Source of the DNA: a virus
Direction: 5' to 3' (one strand)
DNA: 64,000 nucleotides
IMG/VR virus record: IMGVR_UViG_3300043411_002794
Coordinates: 64,001-128,000 of that record
Shown: piece by piece, positions 38,876 to 49,931 of the stretch
How the letters are laid out: every line of letters starts with the position of its first letter
How positions within the stretch are numbered: position 1 is the first letter of the stretch
The notes under the pieces: generated by a model
Seen by the model: only the letters and a program-made list of their open reading frames with translations
Database searches by the model: none
What the model was told of the DNA's origin: nothing
Position numbers and translations under genes: made by a program

Positions 38876-39525
38876 TCAGTGTTCCAGCGACAGAGGTCGT
38901 AAAACTGCGGGTTGAACGCGGCACGAATATCAGAGTCGGAGACGTCGGCAATGCACAAGTTCGGTTGTGCGACAAATACACCCGGGTCGTCGGCGAACAG
39001 CGTAGCCAGCGACAGATCTGCGCTGGCAGTGAAGTGCCGATACTGTCGCAAGATTGGACCGAATGCGGTCGCATCAATCAACATCGCCCAGGTGCCGCAG
39101 GTCTTGTTCGGATGGTAAAAACCCGGCACCCTGCTCGACTGTACGGAAGACCAATGCAATTGCGAGGCGCCGAGATAAACCAGTTTCCACGGCGGTAGTA
39201 CGTTAAGTCGTGCGAGTTGCGCATTGAATTCTTTGTGCAGCAGCACGTCGTCTTCAAAAATCGCAATGCGCCGGTACCCGTTCAGCTGTGCGCACTCAAG
39301 CATGGCGATGTGCGACAGTAAGCAGGCCAACGCACCGGGCGTGCGTAGGTTCTTTTTCGTTGCCGCGTGATTCCAGTACCGTGCCTGAAACTCCGGCGAG
39401 AGTCCGTCGATTGCCGGGAATCGTGTTACGGGCTGGTCGCAAGCGTCAAATTGTGCTTTGACGCAATTCCAGCGATCGGGACGCCGGTCGAGGTTGAGCA
39501 CGAAGACTTTGTCGACGGGAAGCAT
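38764..39525 (-). CDS. GT25 family glycosyltransferase
   Basis: VFVLNLDRRPDRW, RFPAIDG, GALACLLSH, IFEDDV; start trimmed to MLPVDK. Confidence 0.88.
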   Translation of the reverse strand: MLPVDKVFVLNLDRRPDRWNCVKAQFDACDQPVTRFPAIDGLSPEFQARYWNHAATKKNLRTPGALACLLSHIAMLECAQLNGYRRIAIFEDDVLLHKEFNAQLARLNVLPPWKLVYLGASQLHWSSVQSSRVPGFYHPNKTCGTWAMLIDATAFGPILRQYRHFTASADLSLATLFADDPGVFVAQPNLCIADVSDSDIRAAFNPQFYDLCRWNTECYASPRSSTVFGSAKSQCPTSSLNLDGAGESYTPDG

Positions 39526-39532
39526 TAGGCGA

Positions 39533-41116
39533 CTACGCCGTAAACGACCCATTGACGTAGCCCGCCTGCACCGACGTCATTGCGGACGTGACGGTCGACT
39601 CGACTTGGGAGAAATAGACGTAGACGGTTTCACCGCCGCCGTCCGAGCCGTTCCCGCCTGAACCGCTGCCCCCGCCGCCGCCCGCCGATGCAACGGTTGC
39701 TCCGCAATAGGAAGCGTAGAGAATTTTAATCCAGCCGCCCGATTCGCCGTTGCCGCCCGTGCCGCCGACGCCCGCACCACCGCCGCTGCCGCCGCTGCCA
39801 CCATAGGAATTTACGGCGCTACTCAAAACGTCCGTGCGTCGCATAGAAATAGTTCCGCCCGCACCGCCGCTGCCGCCGTTGCCGTCAGCCAACATAATCC
39901 CCGCGTCGCCGCTGCCGCCGCTGCCGCCGCTGCCGCCGTCGGTCGAAATGCCAATCGTCACAATGCAATTGACAAGATCAACCGAACCGGCAGGGCCGCC
40001 CTGGCCGCCGGAACCGGCTCCAATTTCTAAGTCCGTGTCGCAGCTGCCGCCCGTGCCGCCCGCACCGCCCGCACAGTCAATGCCGTATAACGTCGAATCC
40101 TGCGCAATAACGCTGCCGCCCTGCCCGCCGTCGCCGCCGGTCTGACTGGTATCGCCGTCGCCGCCCTGGCCGCCGGTCGTGTATACGTTGGACTCGCTCA
40201 CAACGTCGAACAACGTAATGGTGTTGCCAAAGCCGCCCGCCGAGTTGGCCGCACCGGATGCGCCGGAAGCCGTGATACCCGACAATACCGTGAGACTGCT
40301 CAGCGTAATCGCGCCGCCGTTTTCGCCCGTCGTGTTGCCCGCTGAAGATACCGAAGCAAGTTGCAGCGACTTGCGCCCCGTCGTGCATTGAATGACGATC
40401 GCGCCGCCGTCGGAATCCATCGCCCCCATTTGGTTAATGCCGCCCGAGTAGGGATGCGAATCAATCGCCAAATTGATCGCCGCGCCGCCGCTACTAATGC
40501 CGCCGTACGCAGTCGCCTTCGGCATGAGCCACAATATTTTCGCGCCGTCGTCGTATGCCGCTTGCGGCGTCGCGTAGGGGAGCGGCGCGGCCGATGATGT
40601 GCCCACGGCCCCAGTCGTGTCGTTGCCGGTAGGCGCGATGATCGCGACGCCTTCTAGCAACGTACCGCCGCCTCCGGCGCCGGTGGGTCCTGTCGTCCCG
40701 ATCGGACCCGTGGGCCCCGTGGGTCCGGTCACGCCGGCGGATCCGGCAGACCCGCCCGGGCCGGTGGGTCCGGTCACACCAATAGGGCCGGTCGGTCCGG
40801 TAGTGCCAACACCGGTCGGGCCGGTGACTCCGATCGGGCCTGTCGGGCCGGTGGTACCAACGCCGGTCGGGCCGGTGGTACCGACACCAGTCGGCCCTGT
40901 GACGCCATCGGTCCCGGCGGGGCCTGTTGGTCCGGTGGTACCGACACCCGTCGGTCCTGTTGCGCCGGTCGGCCCTGTGACACCGGCAGGGCCCGTCGCG
41001 CCGACCTCACCGCCGCTGGGGCCGCGTTCGCCCCGCACGCCGGGCCCGCCGCGACTACCTGCAGGACCGCGTGGACCGGTGGGACCAGTAGGGCCTGTAT
41101 ATCCATGTATGGTCAT
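39533..41116 (-). CDS. collagen-like + glycine-rich beta-helix-like fibre protein 2
   Basis: N-terminal GPT triplets, then APTGNDTTG...PYATPQAA and GGxGG-rich repeats. Confidence 0.8.
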   Translation of the reverse strand: MTIHGYTGPTGPTGPRGPAGSRGGPGVRGERGPSGGEVGATGPAGVTGPTGATGPTGVGTTGPTGPAGTDGVTGPTGVGTTGPTGVGTTGPTGPIGVTGPTGVGTTGPTGPIGVTGPTGPGGSAGSAGVTGPTGPTGPIGTTGPTGAGGGGTLLEGVAIIAPTGNDTTGAVGTSSAAPLPYATPQAAYDDGAKILWLMPKATAYGGISSGGAAINLAIDSHPYSGGINQMGAMDSDGGAIVIQCTTGRKSLQLASVSSAGNTTGENGGAITLSSLTVLSGITASGASGAANSAGGFGNTITLFDVVSESNVYTTGGQGGDGDTSQTGGDGGQGGSVIAQDSTLYGIDCAGGAGGTGGSCDTDLEIGAGSGGQGGPAGSVDLVNCIVTIGISTDGGSGGSGGSGDAGIMLADGNGGSGGAGGTISMRRTDVLSSAVNSYGGSGGSGGGAGVGGTGGNGESGGWIKILYASYCGATVASAGGGGGSGSGGNGSDGGGETVYVYFSQVESTVTSAMTSVQAGYVNGSFTA

Positions 41117-41154
41117 AACGCCTCCCTGCGTTACCGGTACTAAACTACATAGCG

Positions 41155-43050
41155 TTAGACGTAGGTGTCGTAAGTCGTGCCTGCCACGACGACGTAGAAG
41201 CCTTCCTTCGTAGCCGGTGTCGTGGGCATAGCGTAAATCGTCGTGTGGTATGCCGAGACCGCGCCGCCCGCACCGCCGCCGGTCTGGGTCACGTCAATCG
41301 TGCCGATCTGCGAGTGATGGACGCCGATCGTGCCGCCATTGGCGCTTTGCCCCGTGTCGCTTTCGCCGGCGCGGACACGTAATGATCCGTACACATAGGA
41401 CGCGTAAATGGCCCCGCCGTTACCCGGCGCACCGTCGCGAACGCCGCCGGCGGCGCCGGCCAAACCGGCGTGGCCGCCGTAGGCGTACAGATTGAGCGTA
41501 GCTGTGGCATGCGTGTTGAGCGTGCAATTGTTGGCGTAGATGGTGCCGCCCACGCCACCGGTACCACCAGTGCCGTCTACCAGATACTCGTCTTCGGTCC
41601 CGCCCTGCCCGCCTTCGCCGCCGTTGGCGTAAACTTCCAACTGCGTGCTTACGCCCGCCAGACTACGGAGCCCGTCGAGATAGATGGTGCCGCCCGCAGC
41701 ACCGTTACTGCCCCCGCCGGCTTGCGTCGCACAGCCTCCGCCCGCGCCGCCGTTCGCCGTAATAGCGTGGGACTCGCCGGCGACGGCGACCACGCAATCG
41801 GTAATGCGAATGGTGCCGGCGGAACCGCCGGGAATAGGTGTCGGCAACGATGACGGCGCGCCGCCGTTGGCATGGATGTAGGCCGGGCCGGCATAGCCGA
41901 TTTGGCAGCGCGTCAGCGTGATGCTGCCGGCGTTGTAGCCGTTATCGACCGTGGACCCGGACGACCCGTCCGTATTGATCGTATCCACGCAGCAGTTTAC
42001 GACCGTGACGTCGCCGCTCGTGCCCGCCAGGGACGTGATGATGCTGGCAATGCGGACCTGCGACATTTCGCCGGCGTTGATAATCGTCACAGCCGAACCC
42101 GAGGTGACTTCACAGGTCAACGTGACCTCGGTGCCCCCGCCGTGCGTCAACGGTACGATCGTGTACGTGCCGTGCGTGTTGAGCGAGTAACTACCGGCGG
42201 CGATGAAGAGCATCGCGGTGGTGCCGCCCATGGCCGTGAGCGCTGCCGTGATCGTGGCGAACGGACGACCCGGATTACCGGGCACGCCGTAGGAATCATT
42301 ACCGTAGCCCGTAATCCAGGCCGTGGCGGGTACGCCGGGACAGCCGGGGTTGTAATCGAAACCGACTACCAGCGAATCACTGCCGGCGAACGCCGAGCCG
42401 AACGTACCGGCTACGGTGCCGGTGCACGTAAGCAGCGCGCCCATCGTGACGCCCGTCACGCGAAACAGCATGAGTTTCAGGCCGTCCGTGCTTGCGATCC
42501 GCAGCAACACACCGGGAACCACCAGCGACAAGACATTGCCGATCGCCATCGAGTTGCTATTTGTGGCGTGCACGTAGACGGTGGTGGCGCTACTCGGCGT
42601 CGCATGGTTGAGACGAAGCTGTCCGGCGGAAATGCCGGTGGCGTTGGTGGTTGTGTTGAACGTGTACGGGAAGCCGTCGCCGCCTCCTCCTCCGCCGCCG
42701 GAGCCGGAAGGACCGGTAGGACCCGTGGCACCAGTAGTACCGACACCAGTCGGTCCTGTCGGACCAACGACACTGCTGCCGGCGGGGCCGGTCGGACCGG
42801 TCGGGCCTGTGACGCCGACACCAGTTGGACCAGTGACACCATCAGGACCAGTCGGCCCGGTCGGGCCGGTAGTACCGACACCAGCCGGCCCCGTTGCACC
42901 AGTTGGGCCTGTCGGTCCGGTCGGACCGGCGGCCGAGTCGCTGCGCGGGCCCCTTGCGCCTGTGTAGCCGTGCCCGGCAGGCCCGCGCTCACCACGCGCG
43001 CCGGTCGGCCCGGTCGCTCCAGTTGCACCGCTATAGCCCTGCGTGCTCAT
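41155..43050 (-). CDS. collagen-like + glycine-rich beta-helix-like fibre protein 3
   Basis: N-terminal GPT triplets, an inserted domain, then GYGNDSYG...PFATITAAL and ANGGxGG repeats. Confidence 0.8.
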   Translation of the reverse strand: MSTQGYSGATGATGPTGARGERGPAGHGYTGARGPRSDSAAGPTGPTGPTGATGPAGVGTTGPTGPTGPDGVTGPTGVGVTGPTGPTGPAGSSVVGPTGPTGVGTTGATGPTGPSGSGGGGGGGDGFPYTFNTTTNATGISAGQLRLNHATPSSATTVYVHATNSNSMAIGNVLSLVVPGVLLRIASTDGLKLMLFRVTGVTMGALLTCTGTVAGTFGSAFAGSDSLVVGFDYNPGCPGVPATAWITGYGNDSYGVPGNPGRPFATITAALTAMGGTTAMLFIAAGSYSLNTHGTYTIVPLTHGGGTEVTLTCEVTSGSAVTIINAGEMSQVRIASIITSLAGTSGDVTVVNCCVDTINTDGSSGSTVDNGYNAGSITLTRCQIGYAGPAYIHANGGAPSSLPTPIPGGSAGTIRITDCVVAVAGESHAITANGGAGGGCATQAGGGSNGAAGGTIYLDGLRSLAGVSTQLEVYANGGEGGQGGTEDEYLVDGTGGTGGVGGTIYANNCTLNTHATATLNLYAYGGHAGLAGAAGGVRDGAPGNGGAIYASYVYGSLRVRAGESDTGQSANGGTIGVHHSQIGTIDVTQTGGGAGGAVSAYHTTIYAMPTTPATKEGFYVVVAGTTYDTYV

Positions 43051-43565
43051 TACAGCGTCTCCTCGCCGATTGTTTGGACCGAATCCTGCCGGTTCAATGT
43101 GAGCTTCAACGCCGCGACGTCGTTGAGGACGGCCTCAATGAAGTCGTCAGCTTCCTTCTGGGAGCGAACCAAGATATCGACATAGTTCATGCGAAACCAT
43201 GCCGGAACACTGTTCTCAACCGGGGCGTCCGCCGGGTATTCCTCGAGATCCACCGGCGAGCAGACGTGGTCAAAGAAGCCTTTTCGCTCTTGGGTGGCCG
43301 GATTGGTCGGAGCCATCAGGTAGGCGAAGACCTTCGTGGTCATGCCTGAGGCTTCCACGGCCTGGATCCGGACCCGGATCCCGTCAATGCGGTTGTAAAT
43401 GTAGCGGCTGGCGGCCTTTACGATCGTAATGCTGCGGCCGGAGTCGTCGCTGCTGGATTCCACGGCATCTTCTCCGAAGAATTCGAGTACCAGCGAGTCG
43501 GCAAGGGAGACCGAGTCGCCGTAATCGTAAGCTGAACCAGCCGAGCTGGATGGACAGTCCGACAT
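43050..43565 (-). CDS. hypothetical virion-module protein
   Basis: 171 aa; GGAGGGG SD. Confidence 0.65.
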   Translation of the reverse strand: MSDCPSSSAGSAYDYGDSVSLADSLVLEFFGEDAVESSSDDSGRSITIVKAASRYIYNRIDGIRVRIQAVEASGMTTKVFAYLMAPTNPATQERKGFFDHVCSPVDLEEYPADAPVENSVPAWFRMNYVDILVRSQKEADDFIEAVLNDVAALKLTLNRQDSVQTIGEETL

Positions 43566-43584
43566 ACGCCCCTCCCTGGGCGAG

Positions 43585-43881
43585 TTACGACAAGACAGAC
43601 GACTCTTCCGGCATCGCGCTCACTTCGGCCGTGATCGTAACGAAGGCCTCCGCAGAGCACGACACCAATCCCACGGCGTAGCCCCGCTCATCGGTCAGAT
43701 AGGGCTGCGAGATCTCGGCCGACAAATGATCGGCAAATAGCGTGACGCGGTGCCCGACCAACGGCTGATCATTCACGTCGCGGACCCGGATCTTGACGGC
43801 AATCGTCTTTTGGCCGTCGGCGCGTACCGCCGGCTTCGTGCCGTAGAACATCCGGGAAAGATAGGGGCTGATGGCAGCCAT
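43585..43881 (-). CDS. Ig-like (Big_1/invasin-type) domain protein
   Basis: ADGQKTIAVKIRVRDVNDQPLVGHRVTL...TDERGYA. Confidence 0.7.
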   Translation of the reverse strand: MAAISPYLSRMFYGTKPAVRADGQKTIAVKIRVRDVNDQPLVGHRVTLFADHLSAEISQPYLTDERGYAVGLVSCSAEAFVTITAEVSAMPEESSVLS

Positions 43882-43956
43882 AGAGCATCCTGCTCAACTT
43901 GGGCATCCGTGACGGTCCAAGTATAGTCGGCGACGCCCGGCGGTGTAACGCCGTCT

Positions 43957-45045
43957 TCAGCCCGGCTTCGGGGCGTTCCTGGTTCCAGCATGGGCTTCCG
44001 ACAGGCCGCGGCGCGGCACGCTGGAGGTGTGAATGAACTGCTTTTGGGAGTTCCACTTGCGCAGTCCGTAGCCGTTTTGCCAGAGCTGCTCGCCGATCAT
44101 GTAATCGCCGCCGTTGTGCTGCAGCTTGAGGTCCGGCACGTCGCAGGCCCGCATGGCTTCCACCGACATCGCCCAGAACCCGCCGGCCGCAAAGTGAATC
44201 TTGTTGCCGTTCGGCGACGGGTTGCCCTTCATGTCGCGGAACGGGCGGGACTTGTACCAGGGCCGTTCCCGGATGAATTGTCCTTGGCCGGGCTTCAGTT
44301 CCCAGATCCGGTGGTCGCCGTAGAGGTGTTTCCCTTCCTGGTGTCCGTCGATGATGACACTCGTGAGCTTGTGCAGCCAGAGTCGGTCGCGATCGGCGAT
44401 GGAGTCGTCGTCGAACCAGAGCAGCCACTTGGTAGTGATCGGGCAGCTGTTGTCCCAGAACATCTCTCGCATGACCGGATACTTCTTGTCGTTGCTCCGG
44501 TGGCGGTAGTGCTTGGTGATGACGCCGCGGTCCACCAGGCCTTCGATAAAGCGGACGCTCTCTTCGCAGAGCTCGTTGGAGCCGATCCGGAGATCCAGGC
44601 GGCCGTCGGGCACGGTGCTGACGATCGACTCTACGCACCGGCGATGCATCTGGGCAAACTTTGCCGGACCATACAGTAACGCGAAAACCGTGTACTTGCC
44701 GCCGATTGTCGGATGGTCGTACAGCTCGCCGGTAGCGATCGCGGCAGCTGCGGTTGTCTTGATCTGCCCTTCCAGTGGTCCGACGATCTGCAGCGGCTGT
44801 GCAACGGATGCTGCGGGCGGCTGTGCGGCGGACGACGCGGGCGGCGGAGGCGCTTCGGTCACGTCAAACAGACCAAACGGATTGGCGACTTGAAGAGGAC
44901 GCGCTGCAGGTTGAGAGGGAAGCGGCACGACGAGTCCTCCGGAGCCGCCTTCGATCGTCACCGTCACTTTGGCACCGTCCCCGCGGACGTAAGAAAAGCC
45001 GTTGGTGGAGATGGGCGGGTAATGGTCGGGAGCGGGGATAGGCAT
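43957..45045 (-). CDS. GT-A-like glycosyltransferase with Pro/Ala-rich N-terminal extension
   Basis: NDKKYPVMR, WLLWFDDDS (DxD-like), GGFWAM, HNGGDYMIGE; start trimmed to MPIPAP. Confidence 0.6.
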   Translation of the reverse strand: MPIPAPDHYPPISTNGFSYVRGDGAKVTVTIEGGSGGLVVPLPSQPAARPLQVANPFGLFDVTEAPPPPASSAAQPPAASVAQPLQIVGPLEGQIKTTAAAAIATGELYDHPTIGGKYTVFALLYGPAKFAQMHRRCVESIVSTVPDGRLDLRIGSNELCEESVRFIEGLVDRGVITKHYRHRSNDKKYPVMREMFWDNSCPITTKWLLWFDDDSIADRDRLWLHKLTSVIIDGHQEGKHLYGDHRIWELKPGQGQFIRERPWYKSRPFRDMKGNPSPNGNKIHFAAGGFWAMSVEAMRACDVPDLKLQHNGGDYMIGEQLWQNGYGLRKWNSQKQFIHTSSVPRRGLSEAHAGTRNAPKPG

Positions 45046-45053
45046 CCGTGCCT

Positions 45054-46025
45054 CTAAAGCGAAAGTCCTGGATACGGCGGAAGCGTTCCGTCGAAATAAT
45101 AACTCAGGACTCCGTTTATGACCATCTCCGGCGTAATGATATCCATGCACCGCGGGACGGCCTGACCAGGCTTAATCACGGGCATGTGACAGAGTAACTT
45201 GTCGCCATGCAAGGGGATCGTCTTGTTCTTCCAACACCCGAATGATTTGCAACAGCTGAGCAGCCCGATGGTGTGCAAGAAACGATGCGGGACTTTCAGT
45301 TTCTCCGGACAACCGAGGCCCTTGTTCTCTAAGTAGTATCCTTCCCACCAAGGCGCCTCGCGGCCGCCGGCAACAACAACACACGGGCGTTCCAGTGCGG
45401 CGGCCATATGCATCGCAGCAGTCACGCCGCAGACTACTCCCTCGGCATTAGCGATGATGCGGATCATATCTCGCAGGTTCGTCTTGCCGACAAGATCAAG
45501 CGTGCCGGTCAGCGGGGCGTGATCGTGTCCATGATCTCGTGCTCCCAGCTGCACGACCTGGATCCCGTAACGAGCCAGCAGATCGACGGTCGTCTGCCAG
45601 TAGCGGTAGTCCCAGATCTTCACCGTGGCGTCACTCTTCCCGCCTGCCACGACGACCCAATACCGGCCCGCGATCAATGGTGCTGCTTGCTCGTCGGGCG
45701 ATAGGTGCAGATCCGGTTTCGGCTCGGTGACCGGCACGTGGATACGTGTCTGCCGCTCGAAGTTGTAATGGAACTCGCCGAGGAAGTGGACGGTCTCGCG
45801 GTTCTGTCGCTTGATGCCGGACTGATAGCACAGTTTGATCTGCCGTACTTCTTCGGTCTCCGGGATCTTGGTGATATGCGGGTTGTGTCGCCAGATGTCC
45901 TTGCAGCTGGTCTTAACGTCCACCTGCAGGTCCGGGAACGCCCGTTTGAGATCTCGCACGAAGCCGGTCATCACGACAATGTCGCCCGGGCTGCGGCCGT
46001 GCAGCAATCGATATTTTTTAGCCAC
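45054..46025 (-). CDS. GT9 / heptosyltransferase-like glycosyltransferase
   Basis: SPGDIVVMT, KIWDYRYWQ, DLVGKTNLR, VTAAMHMAAALERPCVVV. Confidence 0.82.
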   Translation of the reverse strand: MAKKYRLLHGRSPGDIVVMTGFVRDLKRAFPDLQVDVKTSCKDIWRHNPHITKIPETEEVRQIKLCYQSGIKRQNRETVHFLGEFHYNFERQTRIHVPVTEPKPDLHLSPDEQAAPLIAGRYWVVVAGGKSDATVKIWDYRYWQTTVDLLARYGIQVVQLGARDHGHDHAPLTGTLDLVGKTNLRDMIRIIANAEGVVCGVTAAMHMAAALERPCVVVAGGREAPWWEGYYLENKGLGCPEKLKVPHRFLHTIGLLSCCKSFGCWKNKTIPLHGDKLLCHMPVIKPGQAVPRCMDIITPEMVINGVLSYYFDGTLPPYPGLSL

Positions 46026-46034
46026 GTGCTGTCT

Positions 46035-46418
46035 CTACGCCGGGTCACAGATCCGTTGTGGAGACCGTTTCGCGTCCATCGGTTTACGGCACCGCGGACA
46101 GACGTACTTGCCGTTGGGCTGCCGTTGTCCGATGCAGACAAGTCGCGGCCTGGGGGCAGGCGTGGCTGCGGTACGGGGCGTGCTCGGCGATTTACTTCGA
46201 TGGCAGCACATGCGTGTAGATCCCTCCTGGACCGGAACTGTGACTTCTTGTCGTTGTTGCGGTGGTCCGGCGGCCGGACACCATCGTCGCGGCGGCGTAT
46301 CTTTAGCTATTTTGGCCTTACATTGGGTACAGACGTGAATGAGTTCGCCGACATTCTCGCTGCGTGTTCCGTCAGTTGTCCAGACGCAGTATTTTTCCAT
46401 GTTAGAGGCTTGTGACAA
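46035..46418 (-). CDS. Cys-rich protein with two zinc-ribbon-like repeats
   Basis: CVW...HVCTQC...RRWCP repeated as CIG...YVCPRC...RICDP. Confidence 0.6.
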   Translation of the reverse strand: MSQASNMEKYCVWTTDGTRSENVGELIHVCTQCKAKIAKDTPPRRWCPAAGPPQQRQEVTVPVQEGSTRMCCHRSKSPSTPRTAATPAPRPRLVCIGQRQPNGKYVCPRCRKPMDAKRSPQRICDPA

Positions 46419-47124
46419 TCATGTCCGTCGGACCCGTGCACATTTCTACAAACCCCGCCCCCGGCGCAGGCGTCGTGGGCTGCAAAGGGATCGTAAAATT
46501 CCAAGCGGCGTCACAATCAAACTTTGTCGACGTCGGCGAAATGATAAGCAAGCCCGCCTTAGGACGAATTATCGGGAGACAGAGACCCAGCGGGATGGAA
46601 ACGTACACAACATTAAATGACGTCACCCACGTAACAAGCCCGACAACACCGAGCTTCGTGCCGTCGACAATGACAAAGGTCATTGTAAAGTACATATTCG
46701 CATTTTGCCCGTCGACAGGATTGGCGGGACACCAGTCGTCGACGTATTCGTTACCACCCCAGCAACAAGCTCGCGGCGTACATTTGCGGCCGGTCGGTAT
46801 TGACTGCGACAACCATTCGATCGACGTAACACCGAAAAATTCAGCCCATGACGCTGCAGTGGCCGGGCCCGACGGCCCGCCGGCCCCGATACTGCCGCAA
46901 GTCGGAATGTCGCCGCCGTATGTAAGCGGCCACGGACCTTCAAATTGATTACAGGCGGTACAGGCCGGATCGATCGGCGGCGTTGTGCCGTCAGTGAGGC
47001 CGGGAAACTCCGCTTGCAACGACTTCCCGCTAAGATTGAATCTGCGCGTAGTGCATACGTCGCAGTATTCGTTGCACTTACAGCAGCATTTACCTTGTCG
47101 CGGCATGCTATCCTCAGCACTCAT
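46402..47124 (-). CDS. Cys-rich hypothetical virion protein
   Basis: KCCCKCNEYCDVC at the N-terminus; 240 aa. Confidence 0.6.
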   Translation of the reverse strand: MSAEDSMPRQGKCCCKCNEYCDVCTTRRFNLSGKSLQAEFPGLTDGTTPPIDPACTACNQFEGPWPLTYGGDIPTCGSIGAGGPSGPATAASWAEFFGVTSIEWLSQSIPTGRKCTPRACCWGGNEYVDDWCPANPVDGQNANMYFTMTFVIVDGTKLGVVGLVTWVTSFNVVYVSIPLGLCLPIIRPKAGLLIISPTSTKFDCDAAWNFTIPLQPTTPAPGAGFVEMCTGPTDMIVTSL

Positions 47125-48193
47125 AGTCTTCAGGTGCGCAGTTCATCGCGATGATCACGTAACTGCAGTCGGTTGGATCGCTACCGCCGCCGCGCTGCAA
47201 AGCAACGCCCTTGCCGACGAAGCCCTGGTTCTCGTACCCGAGCGTGTTCTTAACGTAGAACGAACCGCCGCCCGGATTAGGGTTCGTTCCCCAGTGGTAT
47301 TTCTGAATGCTGACACGGACTTCGTCATCAGCTTCGCAAAAGTCTTCCGTCGCCGTGAACTCGATCCAAAGCGCTTTCTTTTGACATTGCACCAGCCGCC
47401 ACTGGCCGCTGCCGTCGGTCTTGTTACAGACAGCCCACCCCTTGGATCCAGATGCTGCACAACAGAACGCGTTGACCGGATCGTAGACCGTTAAGCTCCC
47501 TGAGGACGCGTCGCCGTAATAGAAGCTGGCGGCGGCAGAACCACTCGACATATCGGCCGTAAGGATCACCGGAGCCACGGTCACATCTTCGTGTGCCATG
47601 ACCTTCCAACCTTCCGTCGGCTCATACACGAGCCAGACGCGATTCCCTACGAACAACGGCCGCGAATCGCAACAACCGCGCAACCAACGTGCGGCGGTAA
47701 CGGCGCCGAGAAAGGTCGAGCCGTCGAACAAATCCACGAGCCACGAATCGTCGCAGCCTGTGGTATTGGAATTAAGCACGCCGCGGTATGGCCGCCCCGC
47801 GAACCCGAAATCGAAGTGAAAGCTGCAGCCGTCTCCCTGCGTGACGCTGACGGAACCGCCGCCGGCAGAGGCCGTGATCGTGGGACACGTTTCAGGGACG
47901 CTGAAATCAAAGGCCATTGCCAGTGTGCAGACGCGGCCATCATCCGTATCGAGCTGGATGACTTCGGTGGTAATGTCGACCGAGCCCTCGCCCTCGACCA
48001 ACTTGACGGTGCCGCTTGCCGTGATCTCGGGGCAGGGCGGATCAATTGCCGGGGTGAACGCCACATCGATGTTCGGTGCGTCGAATACGGCCTGCGGCGC
48101 CGGAGGCACCTCGCAGCTTTCGACGAAGCGGAACGACAGTGTCGGAATTACCGGCAGCCCGCATCGCGTGATGTCAAACAGATTAGACATCAT
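47114..48193 (-). CDS. hypothetical tail-associated protein
   Basis: 359 aa, beta-rich and Cys-rich; AGGAG SD. Confidence 0.65.
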   Translation of the reverse strand: MMSNLFDITRCGLPVIPTLSFRFVESCEVPPAPQAVFDAPNIDVAFTPAIDPPCPEITASGTVKLVEGEGSVDITTEVIQLDTDDGRVCTLAMAFDFSVPETCPTITASAGGGSVSVTQGDGCSFHFDFGFAGRPYRGVLNSNTTGCDDSWLVDLFDGSTFLGAVTAARWLRGCCDSRPLFVGNRVWLVYEPTEGWKVMAHEDVTVAPVILTADMSSGSAAASFYYGDASSGSLTVYDPVNAFCCAASGSKGWAVCNKTDGSGQWRLVQCQKKALWIEFTATEDFCEADDEVRVSIQKYHWGTNPNPGGGSFYVKNTLGYENQGFVGKGVALQRGGGSDPTDCSYVIIAMNCAPEDYEC

Positions 48194-49160
48194 TCGCTCC
48201 TATGCAGGACGTTATTTGTTCGCTGTCCAGTATTACGAGTAACCCGCTTGCATCATTTGGGTCTGCGGCAATTGTGACGCCCGGACCACCCTCAATACGG
48301 ATGTTGTTGCCGCCGATACCATTGATGCGACTGATCACTTCTCCGCATGTCGGGCCGCCGCTTAGTAGCGACGACAGAATGTGCTGCTCCGGTGGTTCTT
48401 CGTCGTCATATAGCGGGACTTCTTCGCACGGCTCACCGGCACCGGCGCTCTTGGCGGCCCCGATCGTAATTGTATTTGTGTCATCGTCCTGCCGAATGGC
48501 GCAGTTAAACCCTTCACGCAAAATAAGCGGTCCGGTCAGGCACTGCGCAGCGACGTGCAACGGCCGCGGAATATCGATGTTAGTCGTGTCGCACGGCGAG
48601 TAGGCGTGGGTGCGGCCGTAATTGGCGAGGCCCACTGTGGCGACAAATTCGGTGTTCTCGATCAGCGCAGGTTCAACAATCCAATCGGTTTCGGTAAAGA
48701 TAACGGAGTCGCCGTCAGCTAGGTCGAGTACGCTCATGTCGCCGGTTACAAGATAACCGTCCCAAACATACTCTGCGTCGCATCCGGCCGAGTCCAGCGA
48801 CAATAACTCATCATTGGTGATGGCGTCGGTGAATTCATGTTTCCACGGCTTGTCGTCGATCTGCCGCGAGAAGACGAGCGAATATTGCGAAGCCGGCCAG
48901 ACGTTGGTGCGAAACTCAAACGAAACCAGACTGCCGTCGCGGCTGATACTATGCAGCCAGACGGCCGCGCTGCTGCGAACACCCGCATCCGCGACGTCGT
49001 TTAGGTCGGCGGTCGGGCCGAATCGCGCACCAAAGTCCACGATGAGACGATAGTCCAGCGACGGCGACGCAGCCAGCGACGACGCATCGGGCCGGTATTG
49101 CGGATAAATGAACGGGTACGACCGTCCTTCGTTTTGATTGTAAAAACCGGTCGATGGCAT
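48183..49160 (-). CDS. tail/baseplate-associated paralog 1
   Basis: YNQNEGRSYPF N-terminus; SRINGIGGNNIRIEG. Confidence 0.65.
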   Translation of the reverse strand: MPSTGFYNQNEGRSYPFIYPQYRPDASSLAASPSLDYRLIVDFGARFGPTADLNDVADAGVRSSAAVWLHSISRDGSLVSFEFRTNVWPASQYSLVFSRQIDDKPWKHEFTDAITNDELLSLDSAGCDAEYVWDGYLVTGDMSVLDLADGDSVIFTETDWIVEPALIENTEFVATVGLANYGRTHAYSPCDTTNIDIPRPLHVAAQCLTGPLILREGFNCAIRQDDDTNTITIGAAKSAGAGEPCEEVPLYDDEEPPEQHILSSLLSGGPTCGEVISRINGIGGNNIRIEGGPGVTIAADPNDASGLLVILDSEQITSCIGANDV

Positions 49161-49163
49161 GTC

Positions 49164-49931
49164 TCATCCTTGCACATTGCGGCCGATCAGTCCGATCTTA
49201 ATGGCGCCGTCCTGCGGGTATACTCGCAGAATCGTCTTGTCCGCCAAGCTATCGTCGACCGTGATATTGAAATTGCCGTAGTCATCGGGACCGCAGTCGT
49301 TGATCGTCAGTAAGAATTGCGTCGGCTGGAACTTATCCAACGGCGAACAAAGACGACGCAGAAACAGCGGATCACCGACAACATCGATACGGATCGTGTC
49401 GTCCTCCGGCCGCACGGCAATGCCGTAGTCGCCGACAATCCAGACGTCTCCCTGCAGCAACTCGTCTTTTTCGGTGAGGATGCCCCGCAGCCCGATCTCG
49501 GGTGTCGGGATTACGCAAGTTGCAACAAACTCGGTGGCCGCTAACTCGAATGTATGCGTACCGGACGGCCAGGAAGCAAAGATGCGTAGAAGTGTCGGCT
49601 CCGATACCAAGACACCGCCATCGCGATCGTATTGATCTCGCAGCGGCAAGACAAACAGCTCGTCGTCATAAGGATCGAATGTCACGGACAGAAGTTGCGG
49701 ACTGGCGGCCGAACCTACGTAGAGCGTAACTTCCCGCGGCGCAACGATTATTGCGGAAAGGTAGAGCCGTGCGTCGCCGCCGACCGGATAGAGCGAGGCA
49801 TCAACAAAGATCTCAGGGCCGATCTCCAGCTCTTCTTCAATAGTGCGTCGCGATGCGCCGTCGGCGAACGGGTACCGCGACACTTCGTTTTGATCGCGGA
49901 AATCCGGTGGATCATAAAATGTTTCTTCCAC
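49164..49931 (-). CDS. tail/baseplate-associated paralog 2
   Basis: FRDQNEVSRYPF; LTINDCGPDDYGNFNI. Confidence 0.65.
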   Translation of the reverse strand: MEETFYDPPDFRDQNEVSRYPFADGASRRTIEEELEIGPEIFVDASLYPVGGDARLYLSAIIVAPREVTLYVGSAASPQLLSVTFDPYDDELFVLPLRDQYDRDGGVLVSEPTLLRIFASWPSGTHTFELAATEFVATCVIPTPEIGLRGILTEKDELLQGDVWIVGDYGIAVRPEDDTIRIDVVGDPLFLRRLCSPLDKFQPTQFLLTINDCGPDDYGNFNITVDDSLADKTILRVYPQDGAIKIGLIGRNVQG